A DNA stretch of 52,691 nucleotides, filler included, from Sphacelaria rigidula (Eukaryota): the NCBI GenBank assembly GCA_964200075.2. It is 3 parts of 3 records of this genome, joined end to end, with 100 filler letters (N's around TTAATTAATTAA, not from the genome) between each part and the next. Parts side by side here need not be neighbours in the genome. Positions count along the whole stretch, not along the records: positions 1 to 17,501 come from CAXNAA020001066.1; 2 more parts are not named here. One strand, written 5' to 3'. This document shows positions 1 through 12,545 of the stretch, piece by piece; positions within the stretch are counted from its first letter, which is position 1, and each line of letters begins with the position of its first letter. Both the position numbers and the translations under genes were made by a program. The notes under the pieces were generated by a model. That model had not been told where the DNA came from and searched no databases. It worked only from the letters and a program-made list of their open reading frames with translations.

Positions 1-224
1 AGTACAGCCAGTAAGTACCGCGTAGTGCCGACACAGAAGTGACTTTGAACTTCTCCCACAGATTACTACTCCGCAGTCGGAGAGGGGTGTGGAGATAGCA
101 ACGTAATGAAAGAAGCATGTTATTCGGTCAAGCGCTCACCCGAGCAAACAGACAGACACCCACATAACAATCGAAACAAACAGAAGCGTAAGTTACAGTC
201 GCCATACCCTTGTGGACTTCATGG

Positions 225-584
225 TCTGTGTCGCGGTAAACAGTGAATCGCACGTGCTCTTTTTCAATTTGTTGAGAGAGCCAAGCAGGAGGTGATGCTG
301 CTGCAAGCCACAATCGACCGTTGCAATATTTGACTGGCGAAAATCTGTCATACGCTCGATGTATGTTCCCACGGTATGGTGAACGACATGACCAAGAAAC
401 AGCAGATATAGTACAGTCTTCATGAGATGTTGTTGTGTTGTTCTGTTGAAGCAAACACGACGCGGTTGATGATGCGTGAGTGATGCTCGTGGGTAGTGCT
501 GTTTTATAATCTGTGTCGTGGTGAGCACTGTATATCGTAGGTGCTCTTTTTCAATTTGTTGAGAGAGCCAAGCAGGAGGTGATG
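225..584 (+). repeat. Direct duplication of the candidate exon and its upstream flank (254-297 = 541-584)
   Basis: 44 nt identical: gtgctctttttcaatttgttgagagagccaagcaggaggtgatg. The ~30-nt upstream flanks (225-253 vs 510-540) are alignable but diverged. Confidence 0.9.
541..578 (+). CDS. Candidate 38-nt internal exon (xALFQFVERAKQE) of the gene ending at 14777-14974
   Basis: cgtag| acceptor and GAG|GTGATG donor. Exits in phase 0, matching the 14777 exon. A phase-1 entry fits the GTAAGT donor at 11 (…STA-S-ALFQFVERAKQE-VGDVV…). Confidence 0.45.
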
Positions 585-750
585 GTACACAAGGGTGACA
601 ATTGTGTCCTCTTCAGTCTGACTCTGGTACAAACTACTGTTCCGAAAAGGATCATTTGTGTCTTGGCTACAGTATGGGTAAAACGGACACCCTCGTACTG
701 GTTGGCAGTGCGGGAGTCAGCGACATTACGCTATTAATAAATAAGATAAT

Positions 751-752
<2 letters not shown>

Positions 753-842
<90 letters not shown>
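753..842. repeat. Compound microsatellite (CAT)n(AAT)n
   Basis: Direct reading of the sequence. Confidence 0.98.
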
Positions 843-2299
843 GCCTAGTTTTCGTCGTTGAGAAGATTTTTCGCGCACAACATACTTGTTGTACTTAAAA
901 AAGGTGACTTCGGTACTTTCGCACAAGCTTCTGTCCCCAAATGCGCAAAACTAGCATTTCTCGCTTCAGTGTGGGTCGGGCTTTTCTCCAAGGCCCATCT
1001 AGAACACTTTCTCGCTTCCCTGGACGCCCAGTCGCAGAAAATCACCGCTGGCACCTTTTCCCTCCTGACTGAAGAAAAACGATGACTATCGGGAATTGGA
1101 TGGAGGGAAAGTGTTGCAGCCCAGTCCCAGTTGGACCCTTGTACCTGTGCTCGTTGTACGTGACAATAAGCCCGGAGGTCCTCTCCCATGATGGGGCTGC
1201 TGACGAGCTTGATGCCATCTCGCAGCATTCCCAGTGTACTCTTGACTTTGCTTGTCAAAGTTGTCATACGTACAACGCCGCGTGATATATGTATATATAT
1301 ACACTTCACGAAAAACTCAGAACACGCTGTCACGCCAACAAATGAGACGCACCCGGTACTCAATTCAGTACAACAACGCTATCGCAAAAACTGCGCCAAT
1401 CGAGCAGCTGCAGAGCCGTGCACAACCAAGTTGGTCCGCAGATGACAGCGGTATGCTTACATTGGGCTGATTTGGAAAACTGGAGAAGTTGTTGTGTGCC
1501 CACGGGTTTACGGTTTACGACTGGCGTGAGTCGTACAGCGCCCAACTAAACGATGGGTGTCTCTCCGAAAGCATCAGCACCTGACATCGGTATTGGTACG
1601 AACCCGAAAGCCGTTCTACCCTTCGAGACCCGATTTCAGATTAATCATGCTGTACAAAGCACAGCGCGACGCAGTATCGATAGGTATGCGTCTCACCTGC
1701 ACAGCGCATGTTGAGTTGCTCAGCTGGCTCCGTTTTGGTGAAGATATCGTCAACGATGTGCACGATGTTCAACAAGACGAAGTGCTGTCGAAACGATATC
1801 TACAGTGAACATTATAACCCCAACGGTTTCGCTGCAAGTGGCTCTTTCTGGCGAATCGAAGCTCTCTGAGCCTCGCACTGCACTTATGGAGACAGTTTTG
1901 CTGTACGCATCACTTTTGGTACACATTGCAGTACGTCATTTGTTTACGCGTTCGCACTTGACATTTTGTCGATCAGCACTTGATTCGTGTTCGAAAGCCA
2001 GTGCATTGCTGTACAGCAAGTGTTGGAGACGGGCTTTACCGTCAGGTACGCCTTGACCTATGGGTATTTGAACAACTCCTGTAGCGTTGTTTATTTCACG
2101 GCATGCGTGCAATCCCGCTAAACCTGTCGCAATGGAGTTTGTTCTAATGGTTTGTAGAGTACGTATACATATCTGTTGTTCCAATGGACTACATAGCGCC
2201 AGAGATTTCTCCACTTTAAATCAGCGCAGCGGTATTAAGCACATGGCTGCCTAGGCACAATTCTACCTAGAGTGTAAAGTGTGGGGCTTCCGATCTCAT

Positions 2300-5200
2300 T
2301 CTGTCAACACGCTCTCGGACGTCAACCACGGTGCTCAGTTGACGAGGTTGAACTCAACCTGCCAAACCTTTGGCCAGAGAATACGGACGATCTTGAATTT
2401 ATATCTGTTGCGCTGGGGACGTAAAAAGCGATATATTGTGAGAATATAAGTCGCTCGCAATACCTTGGGACTGGTCCACGCGCGGGGGGTGGTGAACACC
2501 AAAGTGCCAACAAACCCCGCCTTGCCGTCGTATTGCTCCACACGTCGATTGTACTTTGAAGTGTTCACTTAGCTTTTGCCATATGTGACACATCTTGATC
2601 GTTATCATAGTACTCGCTGCATCTGCAGTTTGACGTAGAGAAACGGGGCTCAAGAATGCAGCGTACAGCCCGACACCTTTCAATATTCGCCATCATCTAC
2701 GAAAATACAGGGGCGTTTGAAATGGAAGAAAAGGAAGAAGCTCTTGTCACTGAACATGAACTTGAAGACTAGCAGATATCGTTCAAGGCCAAGCTTGCAC
2801 TCCTAGCCTCACACAGCGCCGTCATTTTTGCTCCTCATCGTTTCGTCCTAACCTCCGCTTTACATTCGTGGCAATGGTGTTTCTCATCGGGGACTTCAGC
2901 TGTCTAGAGCAAGTGGATCCGTCTCAGTAGCTAGGCAGATGGTATGTGGATAGAGGTGTACATTATCAACCCTTTGCGTGGTGTTTGAGCAATGACGGTG
3001 TTAGCGAAACTCTCACTCAAATCAACAGTCAACATTGTTAGGGTGACAGTTTCAGGTTTACTGCTCGTGCTCTTGCAGGTGAATACAAGCCCTCTGGGCC
3101 TCGTACTACCGTATATGGATGTCCTACAATTTTGCTGCACTTTGCTTCGAGACAGCTAAAGCTCCGTGTGTACTTGATCGAAATTTCCATCACGGCATGT
3201 AGCCTCGAACGTCCGCGCAACGCTTTACCGTCAGTCTTGGATGCGGGTTCATGTATTTAGGTCAAGGCAAGTGTGCTTCGACGTGTCGCTGTTCCGAAGA
3301 TTGTCCAATCTTGTCGCGTCATTTTACCTGCGACGTGGATGTTATTCCGTGAAACCTATTGTAATGGATTGCCCCTGTCCCCTAGATCACGACCATTCCT
3401 CTAGTATCTCAATAGATTGTATAGCGCAAGAAAATTCTGCATTTGATGTAAGCGTCCAGGCCATACAATTCCCTCACAAGAGCGTTCATTTTCGGCAGAT
3501 GGGTGAGCCTCCCCTGGCCGCCTCCGCTGCATTCCTCGATGTTTTTCATCACACACATACTCCATCCAAAGGCAGTCGTTCAGCTAGTTTTCGTCGATAA
3601 TCCCCGGTGCTAACATGACTCGAAGGTGACTATACGAAGAAAAAAGTGTTTTCTTTTTGTTTGGCTCAAGAACGCGAGTAGAAGGGCTTGGGGTTCCATG
3701 TGTTCATCTGCGCCTGCCTCTATGGGAACACTCGATTATCTTCGTTGGATGAGCATCTGGGCCTCTGTGTAAACCTGTAGACCCTGCGTTGGCCTCTCAG
3801 AAACCGCCCCTTTGGATTGTTCGAGTGTAAGTAGCTCGGCAGTCGCGCGATGTCACGGATTTCACAACACCGATCACTTTCGCTCAGAAACGTTCAGTAT
3901 GTCAAATTGTCGTATCTTTGTAATATGAATCTGGCAAGCGATCGTGCGCTTTGCGTTGGTTTACATTTTCTAAGGTGATCCCAGGAGATGCGCTTCCCGA
4001 CGAAGACAGGGCGGTGAGCTTCGAGCAAGCACTGAAGGGCGCCGGGATGATGTTGTCGGCATCTTGCACCAATGCGGCAGGCGCGATGGCCAAGTATGTG
4101 GATCCGGATGATGTGAGTTGAACGTGCCTGTACAACGGTTATTCTTGTTCATAATGGACCATGTATTAACAGTATGTGGTGCAGTAATAGATCGACACAG
4201 TCAACGGCAGGTGAATGAGATTTCGTTCTCACGAGTATGAGCACGTTCGGAATGTCTGCAAATATTGTACTCCAGCTACACGAGATGATATAATGGTACT
4301 TGAACGTGCTCAAGAACTGGTAGCGCTCGGGGAAACCAGTCATTCTGAATGCCAAGGTTTTTTACGTGACCAGCGTTGCACGTGTCCTTTCATATGCCAT
4401 GTCGCTGAATCGGACCGAAGATGGTCAGTTACCATTTTCACTTTTGCCGTCCGGTTCAAGGACGGTTATTTGGGACTTTTGCTCGATTCAAATATGGCCG
4501 TGTGAGTCTTTGATTCTCTGTCGTTTGGTCAAGATACGACCATGTAAAGCTCGTGCCCAGTTCAAAGACCGGCATGGGATTTTTTTTGCTTCAGCCGTCG
4601 GGTCCAGAGATGGCCAAGTGAGATAATCTCGGCTCAAGTGGATTTTTTTTTCCATCGTTTCATTGTATTTCGTTTTATTTGCTTTGTACTTTCCTCTTCT
4701 TTGCTTTTTTTCTTGTTTGAGGTCGGCCATTTCTTTCTGTGCTTTGCTTGTGTTGTTTTTTCTATTACTTTTTTTTTTGTCCCGACTTAGTCTGCCATGT
4801 CGTTCTGTTCGACCCCCCTTTTTTTCTGTTCCTTCGTTTTTTCTCAGATCTTGTTTCGGTTTCGTTTTTCTCGGGTACGTCTATCATGAGACCACAGCTG
4901 GACCCTGGGGGGACCAGTTAAAGTGCGACAATCAATCAATCAATCAATCAATCAATCGAACCGATTACGTGTATTTCGAGCGACCATGCAAGCTTCCGTG
5001 CCGATCGGGATTGACCATTGCGGATTTTGAAACATGGAAATACCGGCGTAACATTCGTTGTCGGAGTATTCTCCTATGCGCCACAATAGCCATTCTTGTT
5101 TCGGGTCAAAATCATCTAGCCACGATCGTTTTTTCAAGTTACTCTTTGTGCCATGAGTACCACCGATACACACGGTGTTGTTCCTTTTCCATCATATGGA

Positions 5201-6130
5201 AGCGGTGTGTTGGAAGGTTAGGCGTCAAGAAAATGCGCACCTCGCTTGCGATGACGCTGAGACTTGGAGGATGTGTAAATTGGTTCTACAGCAAGGCACC
5301 ACCGTCACAGCTGAAGCCGCGCAAGGCGCTGAGGGTCCGGTCTGCATTGAAAGGGTGGATACCAGCGGTGCCAGTGCTTTTTTTTCAACACTTGCTGTGT
5401 GATGACGATTATACTTGGTACAGCATCAGTGGGGCACACAAACCGCAACGGATCCTGCCAGCCTCACCATAAATCTTGGCCGAGTTATGGATGAGCTCTC
5501 GAAGAAACCCAGCAAAGGAGCATCGTTCAGGCTCCGTTATAAATTTTTGGTATGGGGGCTGAGTGTTCCTGCTCGAAGTCGCTTGACAAGGGCCCGTGCG
5601 CATCTGGGTCATTGAAAATTCGTCGGGCAATACATCGTGGCTTTAGCTGGCTGTTGAAACGCGTGCGGCATTCCTGGCATGTTTTTTTTTACTTGGGAAG
5701 CTCGCGGATATGTTCTTTCAGTGCTTCGCTTTTTCTCTGCACGTGAGAGTTGCGTTCTTTTTTATAAGCCGGCCGAACTTTTCACCGGGCCATTTTTTTC
5801 CAACCGGCGTGTTTTTGCAGCGCTGTCGTTTTCGGCTGCACATGAAAGTTTGCATTTCTCTGGACATAAGAGTGGTAGGTTTTGGCTGAAACGATTGCAC
5901 ATCATTGTGCCTTCAACATCACCGGGCGTTTTTTTCAAAACAGTGATAGTATTTTGCCGCAAAACATTCCTGTGCTGCCGTGGTGCTGTGCCTTGCTCAA
6001 CTCGCCGACGGCCCATTGCACGGTCTGGTGTTTGCTGCTGACTAAGGCCCAGGTACTGTTCAATTGTTTCCAACTGCTTCGCTCTCATGTTCTCGTGACA
6101 TTGGCGGCATGTTCGGGCTCCCGAATGGAC
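2300..6130 (-). mobile_element. Decayed Mutator-like (MULE) transposase
   Basis: Minus-strand fragments in MULE order. A Cys/basic N-terminal region (FMCSRK…, ~5720-5900). VCIGGTHGTK at 5144-5173, one base from the V-C-I-D-x-T-H-G-T-N first-Asp motif. STFKYHY near 4290-4310. A broken SWIM finger NCRCSEYY…KMC-HI at ~2580-2630. Many stops and frameshifts; boundaries approximate. Confidence 0.5.
4625..4957 (+). mobile_element. 5'-truncated 3' end of an RTE-type LINE with a (TCAA)n tail, inserted in the MULE relic
   Basis: T-rich stretch ending gggtacgtctatcatgagaccacagctgg…gtgcgac(aatc)n. This matches the end of the LINE at ~10920-10985 (gggtatgtctatcttgtggccacggccgg…gtggcaatcaat). Confidence 0.65.
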
Positions 6131-6186
6131 GAGAACGCGACAAAGAAAAACATGGGGGAAAAATATCCCGCCAAAAGTAATCCCGT

Positions 6187-6277
6187 TTTAAATTTTTCCA
6201 TGATCTTCAGAAGCCTTTTGTGGTTCGGGTTTCTATTTAAAGTTTTCCATGATCTTCAAAAAGCTTTGTGATTCGGG
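6187..6277. repeat. Imperfect tandem duplication (~49-nt period)
   Basis: tttaaatttttccatgatcttcagaagccttttgtggttcggg / tttaaagttttccatgatcttcaaaaagctttgtgattcggg. Confidence 0.8.
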
Positions 6278-6779
6278 ATCGACACCCCGCGAAAAAGGGC
6301 CAATTCGAGCGACTTTCGGTGACCAGAACACGCGTCACAGGTATCAGATGACACCCAAACCCGGACGGTAATGTATCGCTGAGCCTTCTCAGTGCGCTGC
6401 GACAGAAAGCGCGGAGGAAAAAGCCTTTTCGCCAGGGGAAACTCGGCAACAGTGATGAAAAATGTGAGATTACAAGTGTACAAATGTATGATTTTCAAGG
6501 CCAGTGCGCACGGGGTGGGGTCGGCACGTGGAGAACTCTGCACCAACTTCGCCTTGTACTCCTGAAAACGGACCTCTTCTTAGCAGCAATCGCTTGCGAT
6601 GTGTCCTGTGACGGATCTCGTCCGTGATGCAGATTTCTCCACCACGACGGTCGCCCGTGAAGCCAGCTGTCCGTGGTGACAGTGACCACCCCTCTTCCCA
6701 CGATGACCCTTCTTCTGAGCACAAGATCATTGAGACTGCAGAACATGACTCAATCGACTGGAACATATGAAACCTACCA

Positions 6780-7065
6780 CGTCTCTGATGGAAATGTCTC
6801 TATATTACGGAAAAGGGACAACGCCGTACACACGAACGATATCGTACTCACCACATACGGCGGTTTGAAGTGCCTGTTCGGGACATTCATTCTTGCTTTG
6901 ATCCATCTCCCGGTATCACCAACGATCCAAGAACAGGCAACAGGCAATATCCATTGGTCGACCGCTTCTGATCAGTTATCATTGTTTCGGAAATGATCAA
7001 AGATTGCCCAAACATTCATCATGAGTATGAACCGAACGTAGGTCATCTGTTGTATCGACGTCAAG
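6780..7065 (+). pseudogene. Possible Ulp1/C48-protease-like relic (TE cargo)
   Basis: HTNDIVLTTY (cf. WLNDxxIxxY), IHLPV…GNIHWS (cf. IPxx…NxHW) and VICCID appear in the expected order. The catalytic Cys motif was not seen. Confidence 0.3.
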
Positions 7066-8374
7066 TTTATTTGAAGAAGTATCCATCGTCCAGAGGGAAC
7101 CCTCACGGCCCAAGGATTCAGTCCGCTTGCGAGTTCTAATAGACCCGGAATGAGGGGGAAAAGGCGAGATTAATGGTGCAAAGTTCGAATAGCGTACCTT
7201 GCGAGCAGTGCCCCGGGAACTCGAAGAGGTGATCAGAGCTGGGGTGCACAGATACCTGGGTGTATATGAGAAGGAAGTAGAGGAGTATCTTGTAGTGGGG
7301 GGCACGAAACGATACAGAAGCGGGCGCCTCAACTGTTCGAGGTTGTTTTAGGGGTTTTCTCGCGTAGAACTCTTCGATAGAACTAGAAAGTGCTAGCGTC
7401 GGTAGATTTTGGTGAGATAAACAGATGCTTCCCCGAAACACAGTGCCCAAGTTAGGGTTAGTTGCTGTTATCGGGCGATACGGGTAGATATCCCGTTTAT
7501 CAGGAGAGTGTTGTTGACCGTGAAACACAGTTCTTCGGCTCTAGTGCAACGAGTAGAAATAATTTTACTCAAACAAGCCCATATATATTTTCACAAATAC
7601 CATCGGGACAGGCTCCATCAACCGAAAATACCGTAGAGTCAGAATCTGGGCTGAATTGTTGGAGGACCCCCCATGACCAGTCAGCCCGTATGTCACTCAA
7701 TATTGAGTACAGAAGATATTTTCTTGGAATGTGGAACGGAAACAAGAATTTTCACATTCCCGAAATGATGAGCGGTGACAAGCGGAAGAGCTGAAAAAAG
7801 TCGGCAATTACGAAGAAATTGCAAAATGGATAGTTGAGGCGTCGACTACCATAGTACAGACATCTGGAAGAGAGGTGGAGTCTGACTCGGTGTGCGGGAC
7901 AAAAGCCCAATCCTTGAGAGATGCAATGGTACTTGACCTAGCTAAATGCCATATCGTCTCACTGGTGTCGCCAACGTAAACTAGACTTCGCTAGGGGTGA
8001 GGCAGTGGAGCTACATGTCTTGATGAACGTCGCCCTGCTGCCGGAGGATCTTCAAAGCGAGACGCAATTTTCTCCCTTGTTATTTGGGCAAGGATTGGCC
8101 GTGAGTCGGTGATGGGCGAGAAGTGACCGAGCTTGTACAGAGGTACAGCGAACAGTCAACCAGGGTCCATACGGTGGCTCTAATATGCCGAGCTCTTTCT
8201 ACTGGAGGACTCTGTTACCCAGTTCGCCGAAGATTCAGTTTCACAGGCTTGAACGTTTCGAGTCCGCTCATATATGTCACTGGCGGACCCCGTTCTTGTG
8301 ACTGTTTCTCCGGTTCACATGTTTATTCTGGCTACCATCACGCTCATACAAATGTGGTTCCCACACATGGGTAA

Positions 8375-10985
8375 TTATCGACCGAGTCGTCATCGGGAGC
8401 ATCCGCAACGACTGTCGTCACTTAGTGATCAACCAATCCCAAATGAAACCGAAAAGAGGCCCCGAGACAGACGAGGAATGGCGAAGCGATGATTTCGGAT
8501 AGGCTAGTTGCTGAACTTGTCGACTTTGGGCTAGTCGGGGAGCCTTCTGGAATCCTGTACCACTTGCACAGCATCATCGCTGCTGTCTCGACGTCTGGCA
8601 AGGTACCGGTGGTGTGGACTGACGCCACTATCAAAGTGCTATCCGAGAAGGATAGGACCAAGCATGGTAACTACAGGGGCACCTCCCTCGTGGCACATGA
8701 TGGTAAAGTTCTCGTGAACATCGTAGCCAACAGGCTCGGTAGTTTCTGCAAGGAAGAAGAGATCTTTCCGGAAGAAAAGTGCGGACTCCGGCGCCAATGA
8801 TGAACCATCGACATGATATTAGTGGTGAGCCGACTACAGGAGTTGAGACGGACGAGCATTGTCCCATCAAACACGTGCTTCATCGACCTGCACAAGCCTA
8901 CGCCTCCCTAGGCCGCACGCTCCTGTGGGTTTGTGTTTGCCCGGTTTGAAGTCACGCAGCGGATAACCAAGGTCATCCGTATGTTCCACGATGGCATGCG
9001 AACTCGGGTACAACTGAATTAAGGCTAAATATCTGCGTGGTTCCTCGTTTGCGAGGGACGAGCAAGGATGTGTTCCGTAGCCGCTACTGTTCAGTATCTT
9101 CTGCGCAGCCTTGGTCGAGGTGATCTTACACCGCTTTGCGGCAGACCCAGCCAGCGCCTCAGGCTTGGTATACCTTGGATGGTGCGCCAAAAGGTGAGGT
9201 GTTGACCCCTGACCCCTGGAAGGGATGCCGTTAACTGGAAGAGGCGTGGCGCGCGGTTTGAGGAATCTTGTATGCGGACTTCGCCGGCATACTTGTAGTC
9301 TCGAAGTCTCTACACGGCCTCTCTAGGAGGATGGTCATGGCCGTGATAGTGCTGGCGGGCTAAGAGTTCGGATTGGTGATTTCGGAAAGCAAGACAGAGT
9401 TAATGCACCTGTGGCCAGTATGTAGCTCCGCAGAGACTGCAACACATCAAGACGGCAGGCAACGGCATAATCAGGCGGCCGGGTTTGTCTACGTTGGTGG
9501 TGCCATGACCGCAGATCCCGAAATGTTTCCATCAAAATCAACCGCCGCATCAGCGCTGCGTCGTCACGTCTTTGAAAATATAGTTCCCAACTCTACGATC
9601 GACCCTACACCCAGCTGTCTTGAGAGGTCCGGTTGCTTGAAGCGGAGGTGGCGGAGGCTCTGTTGTACGCATGTGCCACATGAACGTTGCGTTCCGAGTA
9701 CTTCGACAGTCTGCGCACTGCCAATCACAAGCTTTGGCTACAAGTGGTTGGATTCCGCAGGAAAGATCGAGCGGGCGACAAGACTCTGTCGTACAGAGAT
9801 GTGTGCCCTAGAGGATCAACTGCAAACGCGTCCAGACGATCACATGCAAGCGTCAGCTCTGGTCCGCGGGGGCTTCTGTCCGACAGGACGGAAGATGTCT
9901 CCCAAAGCGCATCCTGTTCGGACGATTAGCCGCACAAGGGTCCAAGGACGCTGACCGACCTCCCAAACACTGGGGGGACCGCCTTCAGGAGAACCTGCGT
10001 GCACTACGGGCTCATGTTTACAAGAGGAGCATGACGGCAATGGTCCATTTACGGTGTGAAGGGCCGAGACGCATACATTTGCATAACTACGCGGAAGAAC
10101 ATGGGCAAATGACACGTGGAGGTCGAGAAGGAGGCGGAAGAGTTCGAGGTGACGTGATGACGTAAAGACAAACTCAAGTCGAACCTTTGCCACGAACGAG
10201 AGGTTGCTGCGTCGAAAGCCGCCAGTCGGACAGCCGCCACTCGCGAGGAATTCAAGATGGAATTGATCAAGAGAGGGATCTGCTTCGTGCCCAATTAGGG
10301 ATCAATGGGTGAAGCGAGGCTAAGCAGGGTAGACGCGCAAACTGATCTACCCGTCACTTCTCATTGGTTGTCGATTTCCCCGTTGGTCAGCAATCTTGTT
10401 GTGTTCCTGGCCTTGCCCCTGTACATGTTCTACTGTCCTTGGCTTTCGCCTCTTCCGTGTTTATCTCTGTAATCTCCATCTCCCTCCAACTCTCGCTGTT
10501 TTTCTCCCTCTCGGTGTTATGCAAGAATAGTTTGTTGCTTTGTTTCCATAGGGCTCATGAGCAAGAGCTCACGCCTATAATGAAGATCCGAAATAGCTGA
10601 GGCGCAATCTGCTCTCACGGCATTTTTTATATCTGCATGAGTGCATGGGTGCATGTGTTGAGCTTTTTTCGCGCACGGCCATTTAAATTCCTCCACCTGA
10701 AGCCATGCTGCAGGGGCCGATTATTTCTGTTTTTTTTTCGTTATTTGGTTAATTGTTTATTTTCATGAGCACCTTTGTTTTGTTTTGGTTGTTTTTTCCT
10801 GTCCTTTCCTCCTGCTTGGTTTTGTCCATTATTTTGTTTTCAATTTACCCCGCATGTTTCATCTCCTTGTCCCCCCTCCCCCATCCCGTTTTTTAGCGAG
10901 CGCTCCCGTTGGTTTACCTTGGGTATGTCTATCTTGTGGCCACGGCCGGGTCTCTCCGCGATCGTCGAAATATGTGGCAATCAAT
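8375..10985 (+). mobile_element. Decayed, 5'-truncated RTE-clade non-LTR retrotransposon (reverse transcriptase plus 3' UTR)
   Basis: RT motifs in order: WTDATIKVL…NYRGTSLVAHDGKVL…RL…PEEKCGLR, TIDMILVVSRLQEL, CFIDLHK, IRMFHDGM, QGCV*PLLFSIF, LYADFAG (YADD decayed), FGLVISESKTE, FVYVGG. Then a T-rich 3' UTR and a caatcaat tail. Confidence 0.92.
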
Positions 10986-12213
10986 GGTGATCAACCAGTC
11001 ATATCTACTCCTATTGTAGTCGGAATCATCGGCATTAGCATATAACGGTAGATTACAACCCCTCCGAATATATGGATCGTCTCGGTCGGGGATGGCCATT
11101 TCTCCCTCCGCTGCTTAACCATGCAACCAATGGCCAAATCCCACTCACTGAACTCCAGCAATATGTAATACGGGTCACGTCACAGAATCTGGGGCTTCAA
11201 GGGTTTGTGCAATGTGTTAAACCCGCATAAGCAAGGTTGCCGATTTGATCGCAGAAGTGCCCTTATATTTCGCTCTTGGTCTGTTCTGATTGTGAGACCC
11301 GCCCCTACATGGTTGTGAACCTGATACCAGGTGATTTTCCTGGTGAAAATGATGCCGTTTCAAAGCGTTAGTCCTTTCACCTCCTCGTTTCGAAACAACG
11401 GGTTGAAACAAGGGCTTCGTTTAGTTGTCAGGCGCTTCTACGATTGTTGCAGTCTTGGCTAGTGCCCATAGTGATGACTGAGACGAAGGCAAACCCAGGG
11501 GGGTGGGGGCTGCCTTACCCAACGGACGGCACAACTACCAAGTGTCGACAGTGCAGACACAACGGTGCTTTGTCTATGCGCCACTGCCTCATGTATAGTA
11601 CTGTATGGTGCCGTACTGTCTGCGCACGAACGTACGTATGTTGTACATGGTCCAAGCGCCTGCCATTGACGACACTCGGCTTGTGTTGCAGCCCATCTGT
11701 TTCAAAACGAGATGAATAGAGCGTAGCGGAATCTGGGGTTTGCGGGCGGGGACGAATCGTCTCCAATATGAAGTGATCAATTATTCAATCGCATGATGGC
11801 ATCAGCAGTGGGTCGGGTTTATTTGTGTCTCGACGCGAGCTCATGCACACAAGGGGTCAAAGGGTTGAACCGGTAGCAAGATCGTGGTGGACTTGATACC
11901 ACGCTCGCATGTTTGAATCGGCATCATCCACGTTGCCAGATGTGTCTGAACTCGTGGGTGCCATGCGTGTAGGCTCATGCCTACATGTCCCGAAAAACGG
12001 TTGTCGAAGACCTTGAACCAAGATGCTTGTCATGAACGCCCACACGAACGGACGAAAGTAGCAGCACGGGCCTCCACAATGATGTCCCCGTTTGTGACCC
12101 ACAAACTGGGGATGTGACATCCAACGTTAACCATCATGCATGAAATACTAGGGTTGTAAACTGGCTGCTCTGGTCAGTTAAGTTGAAACTGACCGCGCCA
12201 GTGGCCAGTACCT

Positions 12214-12261
12214 CGATGTTTTTCCAGTTAATCGGCTCGTCGATTAACTGGAAAAACATCG
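12214..12261. repeat. Perfect 21-bp inverted repeat with a 6-nt loop
   Basis: cgatgtttttccagttaatcg-gctcgt-cgattaactggaaaaacatcg. Confidence 0.97.
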
Positions 12262-12324
12262 GTGGCTCGCAATGCGATATTTGGCTCGTTTTCCCTAAAA
12301 AAAATGTCGAAAATTGCAAGGTTG

Positions 12325-12545
12325 TGTTCTGTAGGGTGTGGGATTCCTCACAGAACTTGCAGAACTTGCAGAACTTATTGGGTACGGTATGGGAGGCTTA
12401 CAGAAAACCGTACGGGCAATCGGGTATTTATTTATGGGCATAATAGCGCGCCGGGTACGGGCATACATTCTGTACAGAACTCACAGAACTGTCGGGTAAG
12501 GGTGTGGGAGGCGTACAAAACTCACAGAAACTATCGGGCAAGTGC
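12325..12545. repeat. Degenerate minisatellite-like repeat (cagaact / gggtacgg / gggaggc units)
   Basis: Recurrent cagaact(t/c)(g/a)cagaa and ggg(t)a(c/a)gggt(a/g)tgggaggc motifs. Confidence 0.75.

Noticed and set aside
602..926. Poly-His/Asn and poly-Tyr/Asp ORFs
   Set aside because: Translations of the (CAT)n(AAT)n microsatellite.
4663..5472. 269-aa ORF with a hydrophobic N-terminus
   Set aside because: The Phe/Leu richness comes from a T-rich LINE 3' UTR; the rest is antisense to the MULE relic.
6490..6506. CAGTG as a CACTA/CACTG element end
   Set aside because: No matching opposite terminus or 3-bp TSD found.
12325..12545. CRISPR-like repeat array
   Set aside because: Units are degenerate and irregularly spaced, with no unique equal-length spacers and no cas genes, in a eukaryotic context.
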